Origin: Chiloscyllium plagiosum
Lineage: Eukaryota
DNA: 64,000 bases
Direction: 5' to 3'
Assembly (NCBI RefSeq): GCF_004010195.1
Contig: NC_057719.1
Location: forward strand, 83,973,108 to 84,037,107
This document shows, one piece after another, positions 24,684 through 38,955 of this stretch (within the stretch, counting starts at the first letter, position 1; every line of letters starts with the position of its first letter). The notes under the pieces were generated by a model. That model was not told the origin of the DNA. It did no database searches and worked only from the letters and a program-made list of their open reading frames with translations. A program made the translations under genes and the position numbers.

Positions 24684-25179
24684 GATTCTCCTCCTCCTTG
24701 GATGCTGCGCTTTTCCAGCAACAGCTGTTTTCAGCTGTTAAATAAAGAAACCTGGTGTTTTGTTTTAACCTGGGTTCAACAGACTAATTGAGGACAAGAC
24801 GAAGTGATGAACTATCTTGAAGTTTAGACTTCAAAGTAACATTATTTATTATACATTAATACTAACATGGTAACCACATACACCAGGCTCTGACTTATGC
24901 TTACATTTGGTAAGGACTAATCTCTCTTTATTCTTTCACATCCGTGCTGGTAGTGTGGGCTGCTCTGTAATTTAGCTTGGTGTGGTGGTGTCTGTTCTAA
25001 CTCAGCCTATGCTATGTTATTTATGCTCAGTGAAGTGCAGCTCCGTGACACTGCATCATTTCTCCAGGGTCTTGAAGAACAAACTCAGCATAATTCCATG
25101 ACAAACAGGAACTGATAATGTTGGTAAAACGCACAGTGCACAATCTAACACACGCTACAATGCAAAAGATATTAAAGAA

Positions 25180-25575
25180 AGACATATTGATATAGCACCT
25201 ATAACAATCTTATGACATTTCAAAGCATTTCCAGTTAATTAGGTCCTTTTCAAGTTTTGTCACCATTGAAACATAGGAAACGCAATGGAATATTGTTCGA
25301 GATAATCTGTACGTTTGTTATATTGATTGAGGGATAAATACTGACCAGGGCACCAGATCTAATTGCCCTGTTCTTTAAAAATAGTGCCATGAATTTGTTT
25401 AATTCCATCCGAGACAGAGTGCTTTAATATCTTTGGAAATATGGTACTTCTGACAATGCAACATTCCCTCAGTACTGTCCTGGAGAGAACAGAGATTTTG
25501 TGCTCAAACCTGCAGGGGATCCTGAATACACTACTATCTGATTCAGGGGTAAGTGTGAACAACTGAGCCACAAGT
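25180..25575 (-). mobile_element. Deu-domain SINE
   Basis: Reverse-complement match to 16230-16610 (attgattgagggataaata, cattccctcagtactg). Confidence 0.7.
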
Positions 25576-25829
25576 AACAATGTTCAGCCAGAGACTGCAT
25601 TGCAATCATGATAAAGGTGGATACTATATCATCATCATTTGAAAACTGGATTCTAAGATGACAAAACAGATGCATGGTTTTATTTTGAAAAGTCAGACAG
25701 GTTTTTGGAACAATGGACTGAGACTGAGTTTCTGCAAACAATCTTGCTGGAAAATAAATACTGCTTTGCTCTTTATGTTAAGATTATTGAAATAGGCCAG
25801 AAATTGAAATGCACCAGCCATATAAATAC

Positions 25830-26490
25830 TGTCCGTACAAGACCAGGTCAGAGGCTAGGAATCCTGTGACAGGTAACTCACCTTCTGATTCCTCAAAGCC
25901 TATTCGCCATGCACAAGACCCAAGTTAGGAGTGTGATGGAATATTTTTCACTTGCCTGGACCAGTGCATTTCTAACCACAGCTGAAAATGTGTTGCTGGA
26001 AAAGCGCAGCAGGTCAGGCAGCATCCAAGGAACAGGAGAATCGACGTTTCGGGCATAAGCCCCCATTTCTAACCACACTCAAGAAAACTAACACCATCTA
26101 GAACAAGTCAGCCTGCTGATCGGTACCACATCCACAAATGTTCATTCCCTTCACTGATGCACAGCAGTAGTGTATACTATCTACAGAAGGTCACCAAAGA
26201 TCCTTGGGCAGCACTTTCGAAACCCACAGCAACTAACACTTAGAAGGATAAGGGCAGCAGACACATTAGAACACCACCCCTCCAGGACACTGAACATTCT
26301 AATTTGGAAACATATCACTATTCCTTCAGCGTCGCCTGGTAAAAATCCTGAAACTCCTGCACTAACAGCATTCTGGGTCTCCCTACACCAAATGGACTGC
26401 AGCAGTTCAAGAAGGCAGCGCCCTTTCTCAAGGGTAACTAAGGATGAGTAATAAATGCTGACCCAGCCAGGGAAGCTGACATCCCAAAAA
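25830..26490 (+). mobile_element. Old LINE 3' end (same tail as the 1395 SINE)
   Basis: caagttaggagtgtgatggaata...ggactgcagcagttcaagaaggcagc...ggatgagtaataaatgctg. Confidence 0.65.
25981..26063 (-). mobile_element. Single-arm PLE mini-element
   Basis: One arm ending at stem II gggcataagccc; TSD catttctaaccaca at 25967-25980 and 26064-26077. Confidence 0.85.
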
Positions 26491-26999
26491 CAAACTGCAC
26501 TCTGATTTTGGACCTGTCCACTATTAACACCAGCTGGCATCATAACACAATATCCAAGGACATTGGTGCTCAGCCATTTCAGGATTTCTTACAAATCCAG
26601 AATAATGGAATACACACAAGACTTTTTTTAACAATGCAAGGGAGATTGGATATCATCTATTACTTGCTAATGTGCAATACAGATTGAATTTTGTCCATGG
26701 TTTGCTAATGTTTAATGCAGACTGTATATGATCCACATCTTCCTACGTTCCAGTGAAGAAGGAAGAACAGACTGCAGTGTAAGGGGTCTGGAACTTGCTC
26801 ATTTCCAAGGAAAGCAGAATAGGAGCTGTGGCTAGCTAAAAAGGAAACCTAATGTCTTTCTTAGTTCCAAAGCTTAAACAAAAAAGCCCAAGAAAGTCCA
26901 TACTAAAATCAATTAAGGACAAATTGGACTCAAGCTTTTCACTAGCACAAACCTACCTTAACTTCAAACTTATAGCACAGAAGCACTATTTTCTTGTTT

Positions 27000-27665
27000 G
27001 CAAGTTCCTTGAAAGTGGAGTTACAGATAGACAGGATAGTGAAGGCGGTGTTTGTTATACTTGCCTTTATTGGTCAGTGCATTGAGTACAGGAGTTGGCA
27101 GGTCATGTTGCTGCTATACAGGACATTGGTTAGGCCACCTTTGGAATAGTGGGTGAATTTGTGGTTACCCTGCTATAGGGAAGATGCTGTGAAACTTGAA
27201 AGGATTCAGAAATTATTTACAAGGATGTTGCCAAGGTTGGAGTGTTTGAGCTGATAGTCTGGGGCTGTTTTCCCTGGAGCGTTGGGGGCTGGGGGTTGGT
27301 AACATTATAGAGGTTTATAAAATCATGAGGGGCATGGATAGGGTGAATAGACATGTTCTTTTCCCTGGGGTGGGGGAATCTGAAACTAAATTTAAGGTGA
27401 GAGGGGAAAGATTTAAAAGAGGCCTAAGGGGCAACGTTTTCAAGAGTGGTGTGTATGTATGGAATGAGCTGCCAGAGGAAGTGGTAGAGGCTGGTTCAAT
27501 TATAGTATTTAAAAGGCATCTGGATGGGTATATGAATGGGAAGGGGTTAGAGGGATATGGACCAAATGCTGGCAAATGGGACTGGATTAATTTAGGACAT
27601 CTGGTTATCATGGACGAGTTGGACCAAAGGGTCTGTTTCCATGCTATACAGGTCTATGCCTCTAT
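27000..27665 (+). mobile_element. CR1 3' portion
   Basis: MRGMDRVNRHVLFPGVGES...FKVRGERFK...WNELPEEVVEAG...FKRHLDGYMNGKGLEGYG. Confidence 0.9.
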
Positions 27666-27892
27666 GGAACTAAGGCAGGTAGGAAGAATGAATACATAGA
27701 TCAGACAGGATCGAACTGAATGGCAAACCAGACTTGGGACTGGCTGGTCAAATTATGTTCCGATATCAGTACTCATTAGATTGCACTTGTTCACTATTCT
27801 TTCCAAAGGAAACACAAAGGGTATGTTGAATAAGGCAACTCTTTAGAGAACCAAAGAAATAAACTTCATATTCTTCAGTCCGCACAAGAAGC

Positions 27893-28135
27893 TATAAGAC
27901 CATAAGGTATAGGAGCAGAAATTAGGCCATTCAGCCCATTGAGTCTGCTCCACCATTCAATCATGGCTAATAAGTTTCTCAACCCTATTCTCCCACTTTC
28001 TCCCCTCGATACGTAAGAACCTATCTATCTCAGTCTTAAATATACTCAATGGCCCGGCCTCCGCAGCCTTGTGTGGCAATGAAATCCATAGATTCACCAT
28101 TCTCTGGCTGAAGAGGTTTCTCCTTATCACTGTCT
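27893..28135 (-). mobile_element. CR1 3' UTR fragment (second subfamily)
   Basis: taagaccataaggtataggagcagaaattaggccattcagcccattgagtctgctcc. Confidence 0.7.
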
Positions 28136-31100
28136 AGTCTCCATAAAAGTGAAAGAAAGTCCACCAACTCCTCTGCTTCCTCACTGGGTAAAGACACTAA
28201 ATTGTACAATACAGAGTTACAAGTTCAATATTTGGATGTTTGGAGGTGGCATCTCTCAGGATGTTGCATACAATTGCTGAACAGACCAGTGAAAAAAAAC
28301 ACAAAATTGGTCAAAGATATTCTTTTTTTTTTACAGTTTAGTACTGTGCAAAGGTGGCCGACTATCGTTTAATGCTGTGATTGATACTGGGAATAATTCT
28401 AAGTTACCTTGTTCTTAATTCCTCTTTCAGAGGAAATAGTTTATGAGCATTTATCCTGTCAAAACTTAACACCCCAGTCAGATTACCACTCGTGCATTTG
28501 TACAGAAGAGAATACAAGCCACAAATCTGCAGCCTCTCCTCATCAGCTGGCCCACTAAGCCATCATTCAGCTGAATCTGAGTGCACAGTTTCCAAGGCCA
28601 GTATGTTCTTCTTGAGGTACTGTGCCCCAGAACCGAATACAGTATTCTTGAGATGAAGGGCCAGATTCCATAAGCTTCGATGATTCAATTTTTATCTGTT
28701 CACAAGCAAGTAATTCAGGCATTTGGACTCCCTAACCTCTGCTCTTCAATGACTGCTAATTTCTTACCATTTAATAAACATTCTTATTTATCTTTCTTGC
28801 ATCCAAAGTGAAAGACTGCACAGATTCCCAGATTCAGATCCATCAATGAGGATACTGGAAATTGTGATTCTGGAAATTGTTATATAATTGCCGTGGAGCA
28901 CAACAAAAGCTGCCTGTAGTCAATTTATTCACTTATTTCAGTCAAATTTTAGACATTCACATTCATGTTGTCTTCCCTCAATCATCGAAGGTATAAGATC
29001 CCTATCTGTTTTGCTTTATGGGACAACTGTCCAACGTAACAGCGTACTATCATCCAATCCAACAGGAAGCATTTGGGGAAATCGGGTCATACTAGATAGT
29101 AGAAGTGTAGGAAAGGCAATGATGCGCAGCAGCGAACAGGAGGAAAACATATGGAAGCTAGCATCCAAGGATAACAGGGAGAATTGACAATGGCAGTGTT
29201 CAGCTAACAAGCAGCACATTCTGAAAATGTGCTCGAGAGAGAGATGGAGACTGTCACTATGAATAATTTACTGGTGTTGAACATGAACACTGATTTCACT
29301 GGCTGACAAGCACTTTCACAAGTCTTAAATAGGAAGTAATGGGCCTGTGTGCCTGTTGCCTGCAGCAGACATGGCATGAACACTTTAATGTTACAATAGG
29401 ACACCAAAAAATAAGGAGCAAACAACCAATCGTTGAAGCAGGCTGATTCATTAAGAGGTGTTAGCAGAAGACCAGCCTAGTAAGGATCTGCTGCACTGAT
29501 CCTGATCCACCAATAGTGAGTCATCCTCAACACAAAACAGAAACAGAGTGAATCATGAAATAATTTCTACTTATGTTAACATCAGAGTCAGTTAAGGACT
29601 TCTGGAATGTAATATAGTTTAAAAATGGTAGTAATTTGAAGATAGCAATATCTCAAAGACAGTTTGCAGTTATCGCCACATCAATCGTTAGGATGAGGGA
29701 TGGATGTTGACCAGATCAATTGCAAAACTTCCTCCATACTACACACTGATGTGAACAAACATCTGTTAAAAAATACACCATTTTACTACCCCCCCAACTA
29801 CCTGTAATCTCTATAATTTTAACCCCAAACTGTTCCTGAAGGCAATTACATCACAGAAAAAAAAAACTCACCCCATCATAACTATACTGAATCTTATCTG
29901 GAGGAACACACTCCAGACTCCGAAACCCGAACTCTCCACTGTAACTCTCCAATTACACTGTACATGTCTCAGCATCAAAAATGTATCCATTTTTTCCTCA
30001 AGATATGTGATTATGGTCAACCAGTCTGTGTTACAACCATTCCATTGCTCAATTGTCTTGTTTTGAAAGGGGTTTCTCTGAACCTCTGTTCTAACTTTAT
30101 TCAAATGGCAGTCCACATCATCGACTCTCAAATCAGAGGAAAAAGGCACTTGCTATTTCTTTCAATCAAATGTTTTCATAATGTAAACAAAACTTGCAAC
30201 TAAAATATATGTTAGCTTTCTCAGTTCTACAGGAATTAATTCTAGTATCTCAAGTCTCTCTTCTTGATACGAATTCCCATCTCTGGCTGTAGATACTTTA
30301 TTTTGGACTAAATACTATGGATTTTTTAAATATAATCTACAACAGCCATGATACAGGAATATTTGCATACCAAATGACGGAAGCAGTGTGCAGGTTGGCA
30401 TACCTAAACCAGCCCATATCTGACAGATCAGATCCAAGCTTTGCAGTTCTACCACGACCAATCATCAATGGTGGTGGCTAATTAAACAACTAATGGGAAG
30501 GGGTCTCCCACATCATAAATGGCAGTCTTCAGCTAATTCACTTCAAATGGTATCAAGAAAATGCTGAAGGCACTGGATATTGCAAAGAATATAAGTCTAA
30601 ACCAGCACTAAGCTCCAGAGATGAGGTGATAGTTTATTTTTTAAACATTTCTCATGCAATATTGGCATGGACAGCAATTGTTGCCAAATGTTTGGGGCTG
30701 ACTGGCTTGCTCGGCCATTTCAGAGGGAAGTTAAGAATCAGTTATGTCGCGATCGAACTGGGGTCTCCTGTCTGGGCCGATCAGATAAGGATAGCTGATT
30801 TCCTTCACTAAAAGACATTTGTGACTCAATGGGTTTTTATGACCATCAACAATGATTTTGAGCTCACTGTTACTCCAGTTTTCATGTTTCCTGGAATAAA
30901 TCAGATACAATCAGGGCAAAATTCCTCACTGGTGGCTAATGCAAGTCAAACATCACATCTCCATGGTGCTACTGACAGAGTTCCTCAGGGTAGTGCCCTC
31001 GGCACAACCATCGTCAGTTATTTCATCAATATATTCCCTCTATAAGACCACAATGCGTAGGTTCATTGATGAGTGCACAAGTATCCATTTGTGATTCCCC

Positions 31101-31459
31101 TACTACTGAAACAGCCTGCGTCCGTATGTCGCAAGACATGGATACTACATGGGCCTGGCTGACAAGTGACAGCTAACATTTGTGCCAGACAAGAGATCAG
31201 CAATAACTATCTCCAACAAGAGAGATTGTAGCCATCACTCCTTGACAATCAATCAATAGTATTACCTTTGCTGAACCCCAACCATCAATACTTGCAGGAT
31301 ACCACTGACCAGAAATCAAACCAAAACAAACACTCCATAAAAAGATACAGTGGCTGTAAGAACAGGTCAGTTGCAAGAAAATCTGCTGTGAATAGCTCAT
31401 CTCCATACTTCCTGAAGACTATCCACTAACCACAACTCTCTGTTTTCCAAGTTCTGAAC

Positions 31460-32250
31460 AAGAGTCATTGAGTCATAGAAACATACAGCACGGAAACAGA
31501 CAATTCGGTCCAACCCGCCCATGCCGACAAGATATCCCAACCCAATCTAGTCCCACCTGCCAGCACCCGGCCGATATCCCTCCAAACCCTTCCTATTCGT
31601 ATACCCATCCAGATGCCTTTTAAATGATGCAATTGTACCAGCCTCCACCACTTCCTCTAGCAGCCCATTCCATACACGCACCACCCTCTGCATGAAAACT
31701 TTGTCCCTTATGACTCTTTTAAATCTTTCCTCTCTCACCCTGGACCTATGCCCTCTAGCTCTGGACTCCCCAGCCCCAGGGAAAAGACTTTATCTATTTA
31801 CCCTAAGCATGCCCTCATGATTTTATAAATCTCTATAAGGTCACCCCTCCGACGCTCCAGGGAAAACAGCCCCAGCCTGTTCAGCCTCTCCCTGTAGCTC
31901 AGATCCTCCAACCTTGGCAACATCCTTGTAAATCTTTTCTGAACCCTTTCAAGTTTCACAACATCTTTCCGATAGGAAGGAGACCAGAATTGCAAGCAAT
32001 ATTCCAACAGTGGCCTAACCAATGTCCTGTACAGCCGCAACATGACCTCCCAACTCCTGTACTCAATACTCTGACCAATAAACGAAAGCATACCAAACGC
32101 CGCCCTCACTATTCTATTTACTTGCGACTCCACTTTCAAGGAGCTAGGAACCTGCACTCCAAGGTCTCTGTTCAGCAACACTCCCTAGAACCTTGCCATT
32201 AAGTGTATAAATCCTGCTAAGATTTGCTTTCCCAAAATGCAGCATCTCTA
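31460..32250 (-). mobile_element. Relatively young CR1 3' portion
   Basis: LHFGKAN...RDLGVQV...MLRLYRTLVRPLLEYCLQFWSPSYRKDVVKLERVQKRFTRML...GDLIEIYKIMR. Confidence 0.92.
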
Positions 32251-32940
32251 AATTCATTGGACCCAAAACATTAAGTCTGATTTCTCTCCATGGATGCTGC
32301 AGACCTGCTGAGCTGTTCCAAAAAATTCTGGTTTTGTTTCTGATTTCCAGCAGCCTCAAGGTGAAACGGCTACAAAAAGATAGGTTGAAAGGTCAGGGTG
32401 AGATGGAATAGGAAGAAACTTGTGTGAAGTATAAAACACCAGCACTGATGATTTGGACCAAATAGCCCTTTTCTGTGTATATTCTAAATAACTCACTGTA
32501 ATCATCCTGGTGATCCATTTTTATTGATTTCTATTATATTCAAAATTATAACCATTACTCCAACGGAGGCCTAATGATGGGAGTGTTCAAATTTATTACT
32601 TCTTTCCTAATGCATTCTGGCTCTCACTCATAAAAATGGTTTTATCCATTGGCACTCACACGTTTTAGGCAATTACATATTTGCTCCTCCTGTTTTTCTA
32701 TTTGCGCACAATCTTCACTGTTGCTTATTTCAATGTATACCTTCATTTTCTTGTTGCTTCATGACAGGAAGACAGAGGCTGGAATAAGCTAGTTATTCCA
32801 GCCTCAGACTAATCTATAATTTAATCTCAATCTCAATTAATTTTTGTGGAACTACCTTTGCATGAAGATTTGGCCAACTGCTGCCTGGAATGAGCTGGTT
32901 CAGGTTACAAGGATTTATCTCCTGGGGCTAGACTTCCCCA

Positions 32941-33247
32941 TCATAGGAATCAGGCCATTCAGCCCACTGAGTCCACACTGTCTCTCCAAAGAGCATTCCA
33001 CCATATCTCCGTATCCTTGCATTTCCCATGGCTAATCCACTTAGTCTGCACATCCCTAGATACTATGGGCAATTTAGCATGGCCAATCCACCTAACCGTA
33101 CATCTTTGGACTATAGGAGGAAACCCAGCCACAGCAGACATGGAGAATGTGCAAACTCCACACAGACAATCATCTGAGTCGGGAATTGAACCCAGGTCCC
33201 TGGTACTGTGAGGCAGCAATGCTAACCACTCAGCCACTGATGTGCCC
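32941..33247 (-). mobile_element. V-SINE
   Basis: Reverse-complement match to V-SINE. Confidence 0.85.
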
Positions 33248-33869
33248 CGATCAGCGGCAAGAAAATCTCCATTTATCTTCAAAATTCTAAAAATGAAATA
33301 AAATCATCCAAAAACAAGTTATTGAAAATAAAATGGTGTCCTCAACCTGCCTGGCCAACCCGTCTATCATTTCATCATCCAACTTTACCAAGCCCCTACC
33401 TTTGTGTCCTCTTTAATTGTAGTGTCATGGTAAAAATGGATTTAGAACTGTTGCACCAGGGTTCACTTTGAAGCTTCTCCAAGCGCAACAACATTCAGCA
33501 ATCCTAACCTAAACCATTTGGTCCATCAGCCAAAGACCTGTCCACATTGACTGCCAACACATCGACTTTTATACCACAGCCTCGAATTTCTCCAGCAAAC
33601 ATTCTTCAAAGCACAGAGGAGCAAACCCTCCAAGGTGTATCCTAACCTCCCAGAGATCAATACCAGCAGAAAAAAAAATTAATAGGAGCCTTAAAACAAT
33701 GTGATTTCAAGAAAATGCGATTTTAACAATCTGTTTATTAGTTATAAAAACTAAGACTAAAACTAAAGAGTAGAAGAATAAAGACAACAAGACGCAAACA
33801 CGTCACGGCCAGGAGAGGATGAGAAATGTTAGAAAAATGGTGTACAAAGATCAAGCTCTGAACGTGAGG

Positions 33870-34325
33870 AGCTTGATTTTAAGTCCTAGAGGCTGTAAAG
33901 CGCCTAAGCAGAAAATGAGGTTCTCTTCCTCCAACTTCCATTGATCTTTATTGGAATATTGTGACAGCCAAGGATGGAAATGTTAGCATGGGAGCAAGGC
34001 AGTTTATTGAAATAGCAAGCAACTGGAAGGCTGGGGCAATTCCTAAGAACAGGATGGAGATGTTCCGCAAAACAGTCACCAAGGCTGCATTTGGACTCAC
34101 CAGTGTAAATGAAACCACACTGCGAGCAACAAATAGAGCAGACTAGATTGAAAGAACGACAAGTAAAACGCTGCTTCACTTGGAAGGTATGTCTGGGGCT
34201 TTGGACATTGAGGAAGTGAATGGACAAGTGTAAATCTTCTGCGATTGCATGGGAAGGTGCCACGGAGGACAGATGGAACTATTCGGAGTAACAGAAGAGT
34301 GGACCAGGGAGTCACAGAGGGCATA
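33870..34325 (-). mobile_element. Penelope-like GIY-YIG endonuclease fragment (old)
   Basis: FQVKQRFTCRSFNLVCSICCSQCGFIYTGESKCSLGDCFAEHL...LPVACYFN. Confidence 0.85.
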
Positions 34326-35294
34326 GTCTAAACTCTCAATGAGAGCAAAAAGTCACAAAGGCAGATTAAATGGGAGCTCAACTGTCAAAATGTATGAGGT
34401 CATCCACTCTGAATGTGAGGAAGACAAACTGAATTTTTAAAAATTCATTCACAGGATTTGTGAATCAATGCTGCTACTAGGATATTTTGCGTACAAAGAC
34501 ATGCAAACGCCTCTAGGAATGGAACAAGGTACATCTCAGGGCTTCTCATTTCCTCTTTCGGAGTTCATTCATCTTATGCCGCCTTGAATGCTTCTGGCAT
34601 CTCTATCTTGCAGCATCTCTGCCTTACCTTGTTACACTTTGGCCCACAGGCAGAGCTTAATGGTTCACAGCCCTTTTGTTGTGACTTGCCTTTTAGCACA
34701 CACACACAAAGGCAGGTAGCTTATCATGGTCGTCAGCCGTCATCAGTTCAAGTGGTGGACACCTCGCTGTATGGCACCATGCTTCATTAATCTCATGCCT
34801 GCACCATATGCCAGCTGCTGGTGTGGCAAACATATTGTTTGTCCACAAAGCAAATGGTCACGTCTCAAAATCTAGGTGGAACAGCCTTCAGTTAGTCAAG
34901 GGGGAATACTCTATAGTCAGAGGGCCTGAACAGTAAATCAAGTGCAACCTCTGATATCTGTACAGGAGCTTGGGCACGGTCCTCTCCTGATAACTGATGG
35001 GGAGCCTAAAGCCTTTGCTTTTTTGACTGGAAAGAAATAAACATGGATCAAATGAGATGAAAATGGCTGACACAGATATTTGTGCTTGTGCAGGGAGATG
35101 AGGTGTTCTGACTGATTAAATACTCAGCGCAAATGGGATGTAAGGTTAGTGGCATGGGGGGGGCAGTGGGTGGGTGAGAGCAAGTGAAGGAAGATTTTGC
35201 ATGCGTAGTGAGAGTGGCAGAGTATAAGCCTTAGCAGTTGGTGTGTGCAGTCGCCAAAGTAGAGTGAGTGTGAGATAACAGAGACAAGAATGCG

Positions 35295-35505
35295 GCACTC
35301 ACCCTTGTGGTGCAGAGAAACGTTACTACATTACTGGCCATTCCTGCTGTCCATTGAAACACACTGACCTAGGTGACCACCTCAGGTGGGATGACCTTCT
35401 TTGCCAAGCCTGGACGGTCCTCCTCTGCACCACCCCATCCACCAGGATCTCCATGCCCCTGTCAGCAAAGCAAGGCGCAAATGCCCTCCTGTCTGACATG
35501 TCTGG
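35295..35505 (-). mobile_element. Probable Harbinger transposon Myb/SANT-like ORF remnant
   Basis: Reverse strand reads AFAPCFADRGMEILVDGVVQRR (cf. APRFSDxxLExLVxxVxxRR), followed by a GGGTGAGT donor-like site; locally GC-rich. Confidence 0.4.
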
Positions 35506-36511
35506 TGCAATTCACGTGAACCGTGCAAGGGAGCTCTGGTCTGATAGCTGGACTCCAAAAATGGCACCATGCCAGGAATCGCAGGAGGGCCCATCAATGG
35601 TGGATGCTTTTGCCAGTGATGAGCAGAGCATCATAGGGATGTGATGCATTGGTAATGAAGCTAATCTGGGAGGATAGCACGAGAAATCTCACTCGGCCTC
35701 ATGAAGCAAAAAGCTCTGAAACGCACCAAAATTGGCACTTAATCAATTTCTGATAAATGTTATTCTATGTTTCCGACAAGACAACAGCGGCCATACTTCA
35801 GAAGTGATTAATTGGTTGAAATGCGCTTTGGGACATCACTGTGGACGTACCTATACCCCAAGGGCTGCAGCGGTTCAAAAAGCCAGTTCAACATCAAGGG
35901 GAATTAGGGATGAGTAATAAATGCCAAGCCAGAAATGCCTCCATCCCATGAATAAATAAAAGAAATGCTCTGGGATGTAGCAAACCCTCTTCCCTCATGG
36001 AGTTGATTACTGTGAATGGTTTCAGACTGGCAGGGGAGAAAGCAAAATACTGCAGCTTTTGGAAATTTTCCAACATAAACAAAGTGCTGGAAATACTCAG
36101 CAGTTTAAGCAAAATCCACAGAGAGAGAGAGAGAGAGATAGAGAGGAAAAATAAGTTAGATTAACATTTCAGAAATAACTCTTTACCAAAGCTAACATTC
36201 CAATAAGAATCACAGGGCTATTCTGTTTGACATCTTCCTCTCTTTGCAGATACTGTTTATCCGACTGAACATTTTGATCTTATCTGATTCCATAATGCGC
36301 CTACTCCGGCATTTTTGATGGGGAAAGGCAAGGGACCTTGCAGATTAATTATCCCATGGCTGTTTCACAATGGACACAGAGAAGGGAGGCACAGTTGAAC
36401 ACAAATTCATCAAAAGATGTGTTACTCAGGAAAATAAAAAAAGAACATGCTCATGAATACAGGAAAGGCAACAGATAAGACTTACACAATTGGTATATAT
36501 TGCATACAACT

Positions 36512-36885
36512 AGTGGTGTTATTTTAGTGTCACTGGACTTGTGATCCAGAGGCCTGGAGTAATGCCCTGGGGGCATAGGTTTAAACTTCGCCATATCCAC
36601 TATTGGAATTTAAACTCAACCAATAAAATCTGAATTTAAATTCTCATTTCTATAATGCAGATCATGAAACCATCATCGATTGCCACAAAACAAAATCTAG
36701 TTTACTTGAGTCTTTTGAAAAAGAAAACCTACCATCCTTCCTGGTCTGGTCTACATGTAGCTTTTAACTGCCCTCTGAAATGGCTCATCAAGCCTCTCAG
36801 TCCCTCAAGGGCAATTAGGGATGGGCAACAAATGCTGATCTTGCCAGCGACACCCACATATCACGATAGAATGAGGAAAAAAACC
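36512..36885 (+). mobile_element. tRNA-derived SINE (same family as 1395)
   Basis: Shared head and tail gggcaattagggatgggcaacaaatgctg. Confidence 0.65.
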
Positions 36886-37009
36886 TCAGGAATGCAGAAG
36901 CGCTTTACAGCCAAAGAAACACCTTTGAAGCGTGATCACAGTTATAATTTAGGGAATGTAGTTGCCAATTTGCACACAGGAAGCTCCTATGTACAACAAT
37001 GAGAAAGAT

Positions 37010-37552
37010 TCAAACAGTCATACAGCATGGAAAGAGTCTCTTCAGTCCAACTCGACCATGCTGACCAGATATCCTAATTAATCTAGTCCCATTTTGCCCA
37101 TATTCCTCTAAACCCTTCCAATTTATGTACCCATCCAAATGCCTAATTGTACCAGCTTCAACTACTTCCTCTGGCATCTTATTCCAAATGCACATCACAC
37201 TCTGCGCGAAAATGTTGCCCCTCCGGTCCCTTTTCAATCTTTCCCCTCTCATCTTAAACCCATGCCCTTTAGTTTTGGACTCCCCTACCCTCAGAAAAGA
37301 GATTGTGGCTATTCACCTTATTTATAAAAATCATCAGGACATAGATATCTATAAGGTCATCCCTCAACCTCCATTTCTCCAGGGTAAATAGCCTATTCAG
37401 CCTCTCCCTACAGCTCAAACCATCCATGCCCGGCAACATTCTTATAAATCTTTTCTGTACCCTTTCAGTTTCACAATATGTTTCTTACTGCAGGAAGAGC
37501 AGGACTGAATGCAGTATTCCAAAAGTGGCCAAACCAATGTCCTGTACAGCCA
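37010..37552 (-). mobile_element. CR1 3' portion inserted into a Deu-domain SINE (36886-37005 and 37555-37780, -)
   Basis: WNKMPEEVVEAG; flanks join into a continuous reverse-complement DeuSINE. Confidence 0.8.
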
Positions 37553-38634
37553 CTCCATATCTGTTTCAGTGATGTTAATTGAAGGATAACTATTGGCAAG
37601 GACACTATGAAGAATCCCTTACCCTTCTTCAACAATAGTGTTAAGTGATTTTTGCATCCATCAGAAAGATCAGATGGAGCTTCTGATTAACATCTCTGAA
37701 AGAGAGAACTTCTGATAGTGTTACAGCTCCCTCAGTACTGCACTAGGAATGTCAGCCTGGATTGTGTTATCAAGTCTCTTCTGTGTTGATTCTTCCTGTG
37801 AATATTTTCACTTCTTTGTGGAAGTCCATTTCAGGTGACAGGACAGCTCAAACATAAACCACAAGATGTCCAAGTGGTTACCTGCCTCACCAAACGACTC
37901 TTATCTTGTCACTCCAACCCCAATACGTTAATCAACACCAAACATAACATTCCTGCTTCTCATTCAGCTTATCAGTATAGCGTGACTAAATCTGTTAAAG
38001 CTTTGCAAGAGAACATCACATGCTTTTAAATAGATAACAGACTAGCATTTAAAGTAATTTAAGGCAGGCCTCCAGGTTCATTTTGTTGAAATGACTGACC
38101 GCTGCTGCAGGTGTTACAATAAAAGGTCTCCTTCAGTACAAGGCAGCTTCCAGTTACCACTAACAAAGTTACCCTCGGCCTAGAAAGAACCGAGCAAGAG
38201 AACAGGAATGCTGACAGCAAGGAAGCAAAGACAAGGGTTAAACATCTTGTTTGCGTTTCATAGTCATCAAGGAATGTACATTCCCCTCCCATCCCCTTTC
38301 CCTAAGGATGGAAGCTCCATCGAGAATGCACAGCTGGAAACTGAAATGCTGCAGAGCAAGTTTGGGATATGTTCCACAGAGAAATAGAGAGATAACGATG
38401 GAGATGGAGACAGATAAAAAGAATCACAGATATAGAAAAAAGGGACAGTTGGGGGGGGGTGGGTGGAGGTGTAGGAGGAGAGAGACAGAGCGAGAGAGAG
38501 AGAGCAAGAGCGAGAGATACCAAACACAAATTGAGAGATAGGCAGATAAATGTCAGACTGATAGCTTAGAGACATATATCAGAAGAATAAGATGAAAGAG
38601 GCAGTTAGAGAGCAAAGGTAAAATGAGTAAGTGC

Positions 38635-38955
38635 TTTGTTATTCATTCTCAAGGTGAGGGCGTCGTTGGATGGGCCAGCATTTATTGCCCATTCTAAATG
38701 GCAGTTAAGTGTCAACCATATTGCTTGGGTCTGGAGTGACATGTAGGGCACACCAGGTGAGGATGGCAGTTTCCTGATGGGTTTTCTGAAAATCGACAAT
38801 GGGTTGTGGTCATCATTAGACCCCCTAAATCCAGGTTTTTACTGAATTCAAACTCCACCATCCACCATAGCAGGACACAAACTTGGGTCAGGAGAACATT
38901 ACCTGGGCCTCTGCATTAACAGTCCAGCAACGTTACCACGAGGCCATCATCTCCC
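38635..38955 (-). mobile_element. tRNA-derived SINE (same family as 1395)
   Basis: ggccagcatttattgcccat...cattacctgggcctctgcattaacagtccagc. Confidence 0.65.

Larger units (their letters stand above)
21722..24734 (+). mobile_element. Penelope-like retroelement: inverted terminal repeat, RT, truncated GIY-YIG, 3' repeat; spans the assembly gap
   Basis: FTMDTQSLSTSTPHHEGL, QTKGVAMGTRMGPSYACLF, FLHYIDDCIG, YYKLTDSHSYLDY, LVLTYHP, HIIYCIRCTRCGL, EEERLIFRLGTLQP; 15-bp TSD ctgttaaataaagaa at 21703-21717 and 24735-24749; frameshifts and stops. Confidence 0.9.

Noticed and set aside
28950..29370. Minus-strand exon after a ctgcag acceptor
   Set aside because: The frame is broken by stops or a frameshift, with no recognisable protein
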